From Pseudolysinimonas sp. (lineage in GTDB: Bacteria; Actinomycetota; Actinomycetes; Actinomycetales; Microbacteriaceae): a stretch of DNA of 64,000 bases. The notes beneath the pieces were generated by a model. It was given only the letters and a program-made list of their open reading frames with translations, was not told where the DNA came from and searched no databases. A program made the position numbers and the translations under genes. The stretch spans positions 18,742 through 82,741 of the forward strand of contig DATMIW010000070.1 in NCBI GenBank assembly GCA_035554115.1. The letters run 5' to 3'. This document shows, piece after piece, positions 17,404-27,101 of the stretch. The first letter of the stretch is position 1. Every line of letters starts with the position of its first letter.

Positions 17404-18555
17404 GTGCCAGCCGTCAATATCGGGATGCCCAAAGCCGCTCCCGAAACCCTCGCGCCTCGTCGCAAAACCCGCCAGATCAAGGTCGGCAAAGTGCTTGTGG
17501 GCGGTGATGCTCCGGTCAGCGTGCAGTCAATGTGCACGACACCGACGACGAACATCAACGCGACCCTGCAGCAGATCGCCGAGCTGACGGCATCCGGATG
17601 CGACATTGTGCGCGTCGCAGTGCCGAGCCAAGACGACGCGGATGTGCTGCACATCATTGCGAAGAAGAGCCAGATCCCGGTCATCGCCGACATCCACTTC
17701 CAGCCCAAATACGTATTTCAGGCGATCGACGCCGGATGTGCGGCTGTGCGGGTCAACCCGGGCAATATCCGTAAGTTTGACGACCAGGTGGGTGCCATCG
17801 CCAAGGCCGCGAAAGACGCCGGGGTCTCGCTTCGCATCGGTGTCAACGCGGGGTCCCTCGAACCGTCGATTATGGCCAAGTACGGCAAAGCGACCCCGGA
17901 GGCGCTCGTCGAAAGCGCCGTATGGGAAGCATCGCTCTTCGAAGAACACGATTTTCACGACTTCAAGATCTCGGTCAAGCACAACGATCCCATTGTCATG
18001 GTGCAGGCCTACCGACAGCTCGCCGCCCGCGGGGACTGGCCCCTGCACTTGGGCGTGACGGAGGCCGGGCCCGAATTCCAGGGCACCATCAAAAGCGCGA
18101 CGGCGTTCGGCATCCTGCTGTCTGAGGGAATCGGAGACACGATTCGTGTGTCACTCTCGGCGCCGCCGGCTCAGGAGGTGAAGGTGGGTCTGCAAATCCT
18201 GCAGAGCCTCAACCTGCGCGAGCGCAAGCTGGAAATTGTGTCGTGCCCCTCCTGTGGTCGCGCCCAAGTTGACGTCTACACGCTCGCGAACGACGTCACT
18301 GCGGGCCTGGAAGGCATGACGGTGCCGCTGCGGGTTGCCGTTATGGGATGCGTCGTCAACGGCCCCGGAGAGGCGCGCGAAGCCGATCTGGGCGTGGCCT
18401 CCGGCAACGGCAAGGGCCAGATCTTCGTTAAGGGCGAGGTCATCAAGACGGTGCCCGAAGCGGACATCGTGGCGACGCTTATCGAAGAGGCCAAACGACT
18501 CGCTGCGGCGATGCCGCCGGGGGAGTCGGGGGCACCCGAGGTCATCACCGCCTAG
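17404..18555 (+). CDS. ispG: 4-hydroxy-3-methylbut-2-en-1-yl diphosphate synthase
   Basis: Full-length GcpE-like protein with 'VQSMCTTPT', 'VRVNPGNI' and C-terminal Fe-S cysteines 'SCPSCGR...GCVVNGPGE'. Confidence 0.95.
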   Translation: MPAVNIGMPKAAPETLAPRRKTRQIKVGKVLVGGDAPVSVQSMCTTPTTNINATLQQIAELTASGCDIVRVAVPSQDDADVLHIIAKKSQIPVIADIHFQPKYVFQAIDAGCAAVRVNPGNIRKFDDQVGAIAKAAKDAGVSLRIGVNAGSLEPSIMAKYGKATPEALVESAVWEASLFEEHDFHDFKISVKHNDPIVMVQAYRQLAARGDWPLHLGVTEAGPEFQGTIKSATAFGILLSEGIGDTIRVSLSAPPAQEVKVGLQILQSLNLRERKLEIVSCPSCGRAQVDVYTLANDVTAGLEGMTVPLRVAVMGCVVNGPGEAREADLGVASGNGKGQIFVKGEVIKTVPEADIVATLIEEAKRLAAAMPPGESGAPEVITA

Positions 18556-18604
18556 ATGATCGACTCCACTAAAGTGAAGCTTCGTTCGTAAACCTGGGGG
18601 ATAC

Positions 18605-19813
18605 GTGTCCGACCACTTCGCCGCCGGCGTTCCTGCTGCGCCCGCTCCGGTGCCACCGCCTTCGGCGCCCCTCGCACCTCCGCCACCCGCGCCTGTCGGC
18701 GCGCCCCTTCCCGGCCCCGAGCCTGTGCCTTCGATGGCCGAGCCTGCACCGCCGATAGCTGCACCTCCGATGGCCGAGCCTGCACCCCCGGTGGTCGAGC
18801 CTGTCGAGACCCCCGCAACTCTCCTGAATGTCATAACCGACGCAGAACTCGAGCGCGCCCGAGGAATCGTGGCGCGTATGTCCCATGCCTTCGCCCGCAA
18901 AGTTGTCGGCCAAGAACGGCTCCGCACGAGCATCATGGCGACACTGATCGCCGGCGGCCACATTCTGCTTGAGTCGGTTCCCGGTCTTGCGAAGTCGACG
19001 GCAGCCCACACCCTCGCGGATGCGGTCGAAGCGAACTTTCGCCGCATCCAGTGCACCCCTGACCTGCTGCCGAGTGACATCATCGGCACGCAGATCTACG
19101 ACCCGTCGAAGGTCGGCTTTACGACACAACTCGGGCCTGTTCACGCGAACATCGTCCTGCTCGACGAAATCAACCGCTCGAGCGCCAAGACCCAAAGCGC
19201 CATGCTCGAGGCGATGCAGGAGCGCCAGACCTCAATCGGCGGCACGGTGTATCGGCTGCCCGAGCCGTTCCTGGTCATCGCGACGCAAAACCCGATCGAG
19301 CAGGAAGGCACCTACCTGCTGCCCGAGGCGCAACTCGACCGCTTTCTGCTCAAAGAGGTTCTCGACTACCCCTCGGCGGCAGATGAGCTCGAAATCTTGC
19401 AGCGCATCGACTCCGGAATTTTCGACCCCGACGCTGTCGCTCCTGTTGGGCTTAGCCTCGACGACGTTCGTTTCCTGCAGGAGGCCGCCAAACGCGTCTT
19501 CGTGGAAGATTCGGTGCGCGCCTATCTTGTCGCCATCGTGCAGGCCACTCGCACCCCGAAGGGTCTTATTCCTGACGATCTTGCCCGTCTTGTCGAATAC
19601 GGGGCCAGCCCGCGCGCCAGCATCGCGTTCATCGCGGCAGCCCGCGCGGTCGCGCTGTTGGAAGGACGTTCCTTCGTTGTGCCGGAGGACATCAAGAACC
19701 TTGCCCATCGGGTGCTTCGTCATCGGGTCGTGTTGAGTTTCGAGGCTGATGCTCTCGAGATCTCGTCCGAGCGGGTCATCGACGCGATCATCACCGCCGT
19801 TCCCACTCCGTAG
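18605..19813 (+). CDS. MoxR-family AAA+ ATPase (module 2) with Pro/Ala-rich N-terminal extension
   Basis: 'ESVPGLAKST' P-loop, 'IVLLDEINRSSAKTQSAMLEAMQE' and 'ASPRASIAFIAAARAVALLEGRSFVVPEDIK'. The first ~75 aa are Pro/Ala-rich ('AEPAPP' repeats). Confidence 0.9.
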   Translation: MSDHFAAGVPAAPAPVPPPSAPLAPPPPAPVGAPLPGPEPVPSMAEPAPPIAAPPMAEPAPPVVEPVETPATLLNVITDAELERARGIVARMSHAFARKVVGQERLRTSIMATLIAGGHILLESVPGLAKSTAAHTLADAVEANFRRIQCTPDLLPSDIIGTQIYDPSKVGFTTQLGPVHANIVLLDEINRSSAKTQSAMLEAMQERQTSIGGTVYRLPEPFLVIATQNPIEQEGTYLLPEAQLDRFLLKEVLDYPSAADELEILQRIDSGIFDPDAVAPVGLSLDDVRFLQEAAKRVFVEDSVRAYLVAIVQATRTPKGLIPDDLARLVEYGASPRASIAFIAAARAVALLEGRSFVVPEDIKNLAHRVLRHRVVLSFEADALEISSERVIDAIITAVPTP

Positions 19814-19830
19814 ACGGCCTGAGCCTCGCT

Positions 19831-20718
19831 ATGGTCGCGCTTCTCCCGCGGGTCAAGTCGCGCCTGTTCATTCATGCGAACAGGCGCTCCACGAACCTGC
19901 TCGAAGGGGAGTACGCCGCGATCACCTCAGGCCGCAGTCTCGACTTCGACGACCTCCGCGAGTATGTGCCGGGCGATGAGGTCGACGACATTGATTGGAA
20001 GGCGACGGCACGTGTCGGGTCGCCCCTGGTAAAGCGCTACAAGCAGACGCGACGCCAAGATGTTGTGCTCGCCGTCGACACGGGTCGCGGCATGGCGGCA
20101 CTCGCCGAGAACGGTGAACCCAAGCGCGAGCTGGCGATTTCGGTGGCCGGCTCCCTCGGCTATCTGGCGCTGCGACACGGGGATGCCGTGGGCCTCGTGA
20201 CAGGAGCAGGTACCCGCCTGCATCGCCGCCCCGCCCGCGCGAGCGAGGGGTACCTCGAGACCCTACTGCGTACGGTGCAGGCCGATACGACCCTCGAATC
20301 CGAGTCGAGTGACCAGTTCGAGCTGGTCAGTTACCTTGTCCGAGCCGTGCCGAATCGCAGCATTGTCGTCATCATCGGCGACGATATCGAGCCGGACCCG
20401 CTGATCGACGAGGCGCTGCGCGCGCTCCGCATCCGGCATGAACTGCTCTGGATTACCGTGGCCGACCTCGATCTCGTTGCAGGAGACGGGAGTCGCCGCA
20501 CCATTCTCGACGTCGACGACAACAGCCCGATTCCGAAGATTCTGCGTACCGATAAGAAACTCGCGGCGATCTATGCCGATCGCACAGATACCCGCATAGC
20601 CGCACAGCACGCATACTTCCGCGCGCGAGGCGTATCGCACTGTCGCGTCACCTCGAGCGAGGCAGTGGTGCCGACGCTTTTGGACCTCTTGCAGAGGCGG
20701 CGCCGTGCGGGTTTCTGA
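19831..20718 (+). CDS. DUF58 domain-containing protein (module 2)
   Basis: 'SLDFDDLREYVPGDEVDDIDWKATARVGSPLVKRY' DUF58 hallmark, followed by a vWA-like body. Confidence 0.85.
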   Translation: MVALLPRVKSRLFIHANRRSTNLLEGEYAAITSGRSLDFDDLREYVPGDEVDDIDWKATARVGSPLVKRYKQTRRQDVVLAVDTGRGMAALAENGEPKRELAISVAGSLGYLALRHGDAVGLVTGAGTRLHRRPARASEGYLETLLRTVQADTTLESESSDQFELVSYLVRAVPNRSIVVIIGDDIEPDPLIDEALRALRIRHELLWITVADLDLVAGDGSRRTILDVDDNSPIPKILRTDKKLAAIYADRTDTRIAAQHAYFRARGVSHCRVTSSEAVVPTLLDLLQRRRRAGF

Positions 20719-21262
20719 TCTTGTGAATGCGGCAACCTCTCCGCCAGCTCCGCAGCCCACCTCAGGGCCGAGTTTCACCCCCGACCCCAACGTCGATCCC
20801 TTGATGCCGCCGGTGAATTATGACTGGCCGTGGTGGATTGTCCTGCCCGTGTTCCTCCTACTGCTGGTGGCGTGGTTCCTGCTGAGCAGACGCCTCGCTC
20901 GGCGCCGACGTCGCGATGATGTTGCGACCCCCAGTGCGCCGAAAGCTCCTCTTCCTTTGCCGATCGATGTGCGGCGCAAAGCCTGGTCGCGCATCGACGA
21001 CATTGAGCGCCGCACTGTCGCCGGCGAACTGAGCGCGCGTGACGCTCATATTGAGCTGAGCGGCGTGCTGCGAGAATTGGCGTTCTTCACCTCCAGTCAC
21101 GATGCGCGGAAGATGAATCTCGACGAACTGCGGGCCGCGGGGATGCATGATCTGGCGAATATCGTCGGCAGCTTCTACCCCGTTGCCTTCGCGGCACCCG
21201 AGGCCAATGACGCCCGAGCGGCGATCGTCACGGCACGTCAGGCGGTGACGCGGTGGAGCTAG
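20705..21262 (+). CDS. Small single-pass membrane protein, DUF4381-like (Bat-operon accessory)
   Basis: 'PPVNYDWPWWIVLPVFLLLLVAWFLL' then 'RRRRRDD', the pattern found between DUF58 and BatA-like genes. The start is uncertain; ATG 20804 is an alternative. Confidence 0.5.
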   Translation: MRVSDLVNAATSPPAPQPTSGPSFTPDPNVDPLMPPVNYDWPWWIVLPVFLLLLVAWFLLSRRLARRRRRDDVATPSAPKAPLPLPIDVRRKAWSRIDDIERRTVAGELSARDAHIELSGVLRELAFFTSSHDARKMNLDELRAAGMHDLANIVGSFYPVAFAAPEANDARAAIVTARQAVTRWS

Positions 21263-22269
21263 TCTTCGTCTGGTTGCCGCTCGTGTTGGCGGCGTTCCTG
21301 GTCGCACTCCTGGCCGTCTTCGTGTTCTTGCGCCGAAAGCGCACGCGCGCCGACGCTGACACCGTGGCGGCGGCGCACACCGACAGGTTCCTGCGCCTTC
21401 CCGAATATCGCAGGGTGTATCGCAGGGTGATCCTGCAAAGCAGCGCCATGTTCGTTCTCGCGGTGGTGTCCCTGGGCGCGTTCGCCGTCGTTGCGGCCCG
21501 TCCCATAACTACCGATGTCGCCGACACCGAACGGGTGTCACGCGACATCGTTTTGTGCCTCGACGTTTCGGGCTCGATGACGTCGACCGACGCCAAGATC
21601 ATCGACAGATTCCAGGAACTCGTCAGACAGTTCCAGGGCGAGCGGATTGCGCTTGTCGTCTGGGACAGCTCCGCCGCTCAGGTTTTCCCGCTCACCGATG
21701 ACTACCCCTATGTTCAGCAGGAACTCGCCGCGATCGGCGACGACACCGGGGTCGATATCGGCGACCTCGGTGATCTCTTCGGGGGCGGTGGCGAAAGCAA
21801 AGTGCCGCTGTATGCCGGTACCGGACTCGGTGAGGGCTCGTCGCTGATTGGCGACGGCCTGGCGTCGTGCGTGCTGCGCTTCGACATCCCCGAGCTCGAC
21901 AGGTCGCGCACGGTCATCCTGGCCACCGACAATCAGCTGGCGGGTACGCCTCTCATCGGTCTCGACAAGGCGGTGGACTTCGCGATCGAGCAGAAGGTGC
22001 GGGTATACGGGATCGCTCCCGGTGGCCTGCTTGCGGGTCCCGAATTGGACGAGTTGGAGGCAGAAACCAAGCGAACAGGTGGCGATCTGTTCAGCCTCGG
22101 TGATGTGGACGGCGGTCAGAGCATCGTGGATAAGGTGCTCGATGACCAGGCGACGGCTCTCAACGGTGTTCCCGAGCTGATCATTACCGATCACCCGGGT
22201 TTCCCATTCGTTGTCGGGGTGTTGGCCCTGTGGTCGGTCGTCTTCGTCGGATGGCGGTTGCGATCATGA
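21253..22269 (+). CDS. vWA domain membrane protein, BatA-like
   Basis: N-terminal TM helices, MIDAS 'LCLDVSGSMTS', and a C-terminal TM helix 'FVVGVLALWSVVFVGW'. Confidence 0.8.
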   Translation: MELVFVWLPLVLAAFLVALLAVFVFLRRKRTRADADTVAAAHTDRFLRLPEYRRVYRRVILQSSAMFVLAVVSLGAFAVVAARPITTDVADTERVSRDIVLCLDVSGSMTSTDAKIIDRFQELVRQFQGERIALVVWDSSAAQVFPLTDDYPYVQQELAAIGDDTGVDIGDLGDLFGGGGESKVPLYAGTGLGEGSSLIGDGLASCVLRFDIPELDRSRTVILATDNQLAGTPLIGLDKAVDFAIEQKVRVYGIAPGGLLAGPELDELEAETKRTGGDLFSLGDVDGGQSIVDKVLDDQATALNGVPELIITDHPGFPFVVGVLALWSVVFVGWRLRS

Positions 22270-23327
22270 CCTTCGAGCCCCTTTTCGACCTGTGGACGAT
22301 CGTCTTCCTGCTGGTCCCGCCCGCTGTCATCCTCGGCATCCAGATTTTTCGGGGTCGAAAGGATCGGCGCGGCTGGGTGGCACCCGTGCGCCGTGGCGTT
22401 GTGCTGCTACTGCTTCTTGCGACGGCCGTCGGTCCAGCAATTCCCGGCGCCCTCACGAAAGTTGTTGTGTCAGACATCGACATCTTTCTGGTGATGGATA
22501 CGACGACCAGTTCAAACGCAGAAGACTATGGCGCCGAAGGAGGCACTCGCCTCGACGCAATGCGTGCCGATGCCCTGCGGGTGAGCAAGGCATACGCTGG
22601 CGCCCGGTACTCGATCATCAGTTTCGACAACGGTTCGCTGGTGCGCATGCCACTTGTTGCCGACCCGATCGCCCTCCGGTCGGCACTGGCCTCCCTCGAG
22701 ATCGAGGTGACCGGGCGATCCGGGGGTTCGAGCATTGGCGAAGCTCGCGACCTCCTGCGGGCCCGGCTTGAGGCGTCGGCGAAGGCCCATCCGGAGCGCT
22801 TGCGGCTCGTGTTCTACTTCGGTGATGGTGAGCAGACGCGCGACAGCCCTCCGGAGTCATTCAGTGACGTGAAGTCGCTGGTGTCTGCGGGTGCGGTGTT
22901 CGGGTACGGCACGGCAAGCGGTGGACCCATGCGCGAGAACGATTTCGCGCACTACGGCTACTACGGCAATGGCTTTGATGACGGCGGCGAAGCGCCCGAA
23001 CAGGAACCGCCGCCGTACGTTCGCGATACGAGCAAACCCGGGAGTCCGCGGGCAATTTCCCGAATCGACGAGAACAATTTGAAGACCGTCGCACGCGAGC
23101 TGGGGGTTGGCTATCAGCATCGCAGGCCCGGATCCGAGCCCACCTTCCCCGATGTGTCCGACCAAATCGGCGAGGAAATTCTCGTACCCGATGTCGAGGT
23201 AGCCGCCCGGCTCTACTGGATTCCGATGATCGCGGCGTTCCTGCTGCTCAGTTGGGATCTAGTCGTTGCCGGTCGTCACGTCAGTGAGCTGCGCGCATCC
23301 CGTCCCCGGAAGGCGGGGGCGCGATGA
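22266..23327 (+). CDS. vWA domain membrane protein, BatB-like (variant MIDAS)
   Basis: TM helices at both ends and a vWA body with 'LVMDTTTSS' (DxTxS instead of DxSxS). I chose ATG 22266 for its ATGA overlap with the upstream stop; the ORF track opens at 22230. Confidence 0.7.
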   Translation: MTFEPLFDLWTIVFLLVPPAVILGIQIFRGRKDRRGWVAPVRRGVVLLLLLATAVGPAIPGALTKVVVSDIDIFLVMDTTTSSNAEDYGAEGGTRLDAMRADALRVSKAYAGARYSIISFDNGSLVRMPLVADPIALRSALASLEIEVTGRSGGSSIGEARDLLRARLEASAKAHPERLRLVFYFGDGEQTRDSPPESFSDVKSLVSAGAVFGYGTASGGPMRENDFAHYGYYGNGFDDGGEAPEQEPPPYVRDTSKPGSPRAISRIDENNLKTVARELGVGYQHRRPGSEPTFPDVSDQIGEEILVPDVEVAARLYWIPMIAAFLLLSWDLVVAGRHVSELRASRPRKAGAR

Positions 23328-24100
23328 TGGCTCCCACTCGCACTCCGGGGCGGCGGCGCCTGCTGCTGCTGTCGCTGATCGCCGTAATCCCTCTCGGACT
23401 GGCATCCGTGGCGGTTGGTGTCAACGTCGGAATCACGGCGATGGCGGTGAAAACTTTCGAAGGCGGCGACATGAATGCCAGTGCCGCCTGGGCGCGCGCG
23501 AGTGTGAGCCTCAATCCATTCGACCCGTACACCCCGCATTTCAACCTCGGTACGGCATATGCCGGGGGAGGCCTGAACTCTGAGGCGCTCCCCGAGCTGC
23601 AGCTTGCACTCCGCAACGCACCGAGTCCCGAGGCTGCCTGCCCGCCCCGGGCAAATCTCGCGCTCACTCTCGAGCGGCTCGGCGACCGCGCAGTTTTTGA
23701 TGAGAAGTTCCCCGAGGCCATCCAGTTCTACGAGCAGGCACTCATGTTGTGGCAGCGCGGCACTGACGATGTCTGTTACGACATTCCGGAGTTTCGGTCG
23801 CGGGGCGAGAGCAGCGTTCCGCGGGTGACGAAGAAACTCCGGCAGGTGCAGCAGATGCTCGAGCAGCAGCAGAATCCTGGCGGGGGAGGACAAGACCCGA
23901 CACCGCAGAACCCGACACCGCAGAACCCCAACGGCCAGGACCCCAACGGAGGTCAGGACCCGAACAGCGGTGAAGGCCCGGATGTCGAGAGCCCTACTCT
24001 GGGCGGAAAGCTGGATGACATCCGCCGTCTCAACGAACTGTCCGATCGCGAGCGTCAGAATTCGGGCCACGAGTCGGGGACGTCAAACACCCCCTGGTAG
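23324..24100 (+). CDS. TPR-like membrane-anchored protein with Gln/Asn/Pro/Gly-rich tail (BatC/D-like position)
   Basis: N-terminal TM helix and TPR-like helices ('FNLGTAYAGGGLNSEALPELQLAL', 'FPEAIQFYEQALMLW'). Low-complexity tail 'QNPTPQNPTPQNPNGQDPNGGQDPN'. The ATG overlaps the upstream stop. Confidence 0.6.
   Translation: MMAPTRTPGRRRLLLLSLIAVIPLGLASVAVGVNVGITAMAVKTFEGGDMNASAAWARASVSLNPFDPYTPHFNLGTAYAGGGLNSEALPELQLALRNAPSPEAACPPRANLALTLERLGDRAVFDEKFPEAIQFYEQALMLWQRGTDDVCYDIPEFRSRGESSVPRVTKKLRQVQQMLEQQQNPGGGGQDPTPQNPTPQNPNGQDPNGGQDPNSGEGPDVESPTLGGKLDDIRRLNELSDRERQNSGHESGTSNTPW
23896..23925 (+). repeat. Perfect 15-nt tandem duplication inside the CDS (cccgacaccgcagaa x2), followed by two related 'ccccaacgg' units up to 23958
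   Basis: Read directly: 23896-23910 is identical to 23911-23925. It encodes PTPQN-PTPQN. Confidence 0.9.
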
Positions 24101-24117
24101 CCGAATAGGCTGAACGG

Positions 24118-25887
24118 GTGCCCACCCGCCTGACTCAGCTATTCGTCCGTACCCTTCGTGAAGACCCCGTCGACGCGGAAGTTGCCAGCCACCGCCTGCT
24201 CGTCAGGGCCGGCTACATTCGCCGCCAGGCCCCCGGCATATTTGCCTGGCTGCCACTGGGCTTGAAGGTGCGCCGCAAGGTGGAACAGGTGATCCGCGAG
24301 GAGATGGCCGCTGCCGGTGCGCAAGAGATGCATTTCCCCGCGCTTCTGCCCCGTGAGCCGTACGAGACCACGGGCCGCTGGGATGAGTACGGCGACGGAC
24401 TCTTCCGGCTTCAGGACCGCAAAGGTGCCGACTACCTGCTGGCCCCGACTCACGAAGAGGTCTTCACCCTCACCGTGAAAGATCTCTATTCCTCGTACAA
24501 AGACCTCCCGCTGACGATCTACCAGATCCAGGACAAATACCGCGACGAGGCCCGTCCGCGCGCCGGACTGTTGCGTGGTCGTGAGTTCTCGATGAAAGAC
24601 GCCTACTCCTTCGATGTCACCGACGAAGGCCTCAACATCAGCTACCAGGCGCAGCGAGACGCGTACGAGCGCATCTTCACCCGGCTGGGGCTCGACTATG
24701 TGATCGTGCAGGCCGATGCGGGCGCCATGGGCGGATCCCGCAGCGAAGAATTCCTGCACCCCACGCCTATCGGTGAAGACACCTTCGTTCGTTCGGCGGG
24801 AGGCTATGCGGCGAACGTCGAGGCCTACGCCACGGCCCCCGTCGCATCCGTGCCGTTCGACACCTCACCAGCCCCGACCATCGTTCCGACGCCCGGAGCG
24901 TCGACGATTGCCATAGTCGTCGACCAGGCGAACGCGAGCTTCCCCCGCACCGATGGTCGCGAGTGGACGGCCGCCGACACTCTCAAGAATGTTGTGCTGG
25001 CGCTGCGCCATCTCGACGGCACGCGCGAGGTCGTGATCGTCGGCCTGCCCGGGGATCGCGATATCGACCTCAAGCGCGCAGAGGTTCTGTTCGCTCCGGC
25101 CGAGATCGAACCCGCGTCCGACGCAGATTTCACGAAGCACCCTCTCCTGGTGCGGGGCTATCTCGGTCCGTGGACACCCGAAGGCGCGCTCCTCGGTGAG
25201 GAATCCGCTACGGACATCCGATACCTGCTCGACCCGCGGGTTGCCGAGGGAACCGTGTGGATCACGGGCGCCAACCGTGACGGTCACCATGTGATGGGCC
25301 TCGTCGCAGGCCGCGACTTCAGCTCGGACGGTGTTGCCGATATCGCCGAGGTGCGCGCGGGTGATCCCGCCCCGGACGGCTCCGGACCGGTAGAACTCGC
25401 GCGCGGTATGGAAATTGGCCACGTCTTCCAACTGGGCCGCAAATATGCCGAAGCGCTCGGCCTGCAGGTGCTCGACGAGAACGGCAAGCGCGTCACGGTC
25501 ACAATGGGCTCGTATGGCATCGGCGTCACCCGCGTGTTGGCTGTTATCGCCGAGACCAACCACGACGACAGGGGCCTTATCTGGCCTGCCGAGGTGGCGC
25601 CGTACGACGTTCACGTCATTGCCACTGGCAAAGACGAGATCGTCTATCAGGTGGCTGAACAGCTGATCGCTGACCTTGAAAAGAGCGGCATCGATGTTTT
25701 GTTCGACGACCGCCCCAAGGTCTCACCCGGCGTGAAGTTCGGCGATGCCGAACTCATCGGTGTGCCGCAGATCATCATCGTCGGCCGAGACGCCGGGGAG
25801 GGTGTTGTCGAGCTGTGGGATCGTCGCTCGGGCGAGCGCACCCCCACTCCTGTCGCAGATGTTGTGGCCGCCCTGGTTGCCCGCTAG
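24118..25887 (+). CDS. proS: Proline--tRNA ligase (bacterial type with INS editing domain)
   Basis: 'FAWLPLG', '[31 protein letters not shown]' (class II motif 2) and 'GSYGIGVTR' (motif 3). 589 aa. Confidence 0.95.
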   Translation: MPTRLTQLFVRTLREDPVDAEVASHRLLVRAGYIRRQAPGIFAWLPLGLKVRRKVEQVIREEMAAAGAQEMHFPALLPREPYETTGRWDEYGDGLFRLQDRKGADYLLAPTHEEVFTLTVKDLYSSYKDLPLTIYQIQDKYRDEARPRAGLLRGREFSMKDAYSFDVTDEGLNISYQAQRDAYERIFTRLGLDYVIVQADAGAMGGSRSEEFLHPTPIGEDTFVRSAGGYAANVEAYATAPVASVPFDTSPAPTIVPTPGASTIAIVVDQANASFPRTDGREWTAADTLKNVVLALRHLDGTREVVIVGLPGDRDIDLKRAEVLFAPAEIEPASDADFTKHPLLVRGYLGPWTPEGALLGEESATDIRYLLDPRVAEGTVWITGANRDGHHVMGLVAGRDFSSDGVADIAEVRAGDPAPDGSGPVELARGMEIGHVFQLGRKYAEALGLQVLDENGKRVTVTMGSYGIGVTRVLAVIAETNHDDRGLIWPAEVAPYDVHVIATGKDEIVYQVAEQLIADLEKSGIDVLFDDRPKVSPGVKFGDAELIGVPQIIIVGRDAGEGVVELWDRRSGERTPTPVADVVAALVAR

Positions 25888-25906
25888 CACGACACAATTC
25901 GCGAGA

Positions 25907-25952
25907 GGGCATATAACGCTGTTGCGCTGACCTTTTGCAGCATTTTCTGCCC
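25907..25952. repeat. 46-nt imperfect palindrome, copy 1 (possible proS terminator or REP-like element)
   Basis: gggcatataacgctg...cagcattttctgccc. The arms pair at 12/15 positions. It starts 20 nt after the proS stop and is related to copy 2 at 26952-26997. Confidence 0.7.
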
Positions 25953-26025
25953 GCTCGCGCATGAAGCGGGGCGCGGGATGTGGAGAGCTCGGGCAGGCGG
26001 GCAGCAAGCCCGTGAGAGTGGGGGC

Positions 26026-26949
26026 ATGCCGCGCCTTGTTCCACTTCCTCTCGCCGCGCACCAGCCGTTTCGCACAGCCGAGCATGCGAACTGGGGCATC
26101 GGGCGCGGGAGACTTCGCTCTCCAGATGTGGCCCATCCCTTCCATGGGATCAACACCGCGGGTGGTGTACCCACCTCCGTTCGAGAGTTGGCAATGGCAT
26201 GTGCACCATTGCTTCGCGACGGTGACGCCTTCAGTCACACGACCGCGGCGCTGCTGTTCGGTGCCGAGTTGCCTGAGGTCCACGAGCGCGAGAGCCAGGT
26301 GCATATCACCTCGATCGGCGGACTCGATCGATTTCGTCGCCGTGGAGTGCGGGGCCACCGAGCAACTGAAGTGCCGCCGTTAGTGCTGGTTGGCGTCCTC
26401 CCGGTCGTCGCCCCGGCTTATGTGTGGTTTCAGCTCGCGTCCGTTCTGTCGGTATGGGATCTCGTAGCGGTAGGGGACAGGTGGACAACTCCCCGACGCC
26501 GGGGATCGACTCGCCGACCTCCGCTCGTCCGGCCGGAGGAACTCGTGCACGCCGTCGTGGCTCACGCCGGTCAGAGGGGAGCTGTTCGTGCGCGCGAAGC
26601 TCTGCGACTAGTCCGAGCGGGGGCCGAGTCCCGGATGGAGACTCACTTGCGGTTGCTCCTAGCCGAGGCTGGTCTACCTGAGCCCCTCCTGAACCCAGGT
26701 CTTCGAGTGAGGGGCGAGACCCTGCATCCGGATCTCTTCTTTGATCGATGGCGCGTGGTGCTCGAGTATGAAGGGGACGGGCATCGCACGGACCCTCGGC
26801 AGTGGCGTCAGGACATCTGGCGCCGTGAAGCATTCGAAGAGGCGGGTTACCGGGTAGTTCGGGTGCATCGTGACGACCTACTGGCTGAGCCGCAGGCATT
26901 CCTGGCACGAGTTCGCCGCATCCTCGCTCAGCGTGAGGGGCGAGCGTGA
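26026..26949 (+). CDS. DUF559 / Vsr-like endonuclease-domain protein
   Basis: C-terminal 'ETHLRLLLAEAGLPEPLLN...HPDLFFDRWRVVLEYEGDGHRTDPRQWRQDIWRREAFEEAGYRVVRV', typical of actinobacterial DUF559 proteins. ATG 26026 follows 'GAGAGTGGGGG'; the ORF track opens at 25978. Confidence 0.75.
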   Translation: MPRLVPLPLAAHQPFRTAEHANWGIGRGRLRSPDVAHPFHGINTAGGVPTSVRELAMACAPLLRDGDAFSHTTAALLFGAELPEVHERESQVHITSIGGLDRFRRRGVRGHRATEVPPLVLVGVLPVVAPAYVWFQLASVLSVWDLVAVGDRWTTPRRRGSTRRPPLVRPEELVHAVVAHAGQRGAVRAREALRLVRAGAESRMETHLRLLLAEAGLPEPLLNPGLRVRGETLHPDLFFDRWRVVLEYEGDGHRTDPRQWRQDIWRREAFEEAGYRVVRVHRDDLLAEPQAFLARVRRILAQREGRA

Positions 26950-26951
26950 AC

Positions 26952-26997
26952 GGGCAAATAACGCTTCTCGGTCGCGTAGGAACAGCGTTCTCTGCCC
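26952..26997. repeat. 46-nt imperfect palindrome, copy 2
   Basis: gggcaaataacgctt...acagcgttctctgccc. Same length as copy 1. The arms are 13/14 and 13/15 identical to copy 1, while the central 17 nt are unrelated. It starts 3 nt after the DUF559 stop. Confidence 0.7.
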
Positions 26998-27070
26998 TCT
27001 CGAGCCCGCTCGAGGCGAGGTACGGGATGCGCGGTACCGTGAGGACGGGATAGCGCGGCTCGGCTACGCT

Positions 27071-27101
27071 GAGGATGCACCTCGCTGCGAAGTGCATCCT
27101 C
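27071..27101 (+). promoter_or_regulatory. Perfect 10-bp stem-loop in the nusA 5' leader
   Basis: GAGGATGCAC (27071-27080), an 11-nt loop, then GTGCATCCTC (27092-27101). It ends 30 nt upstream of the nusA ATG and has no downstream T-tract. Confidence 0.4.
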
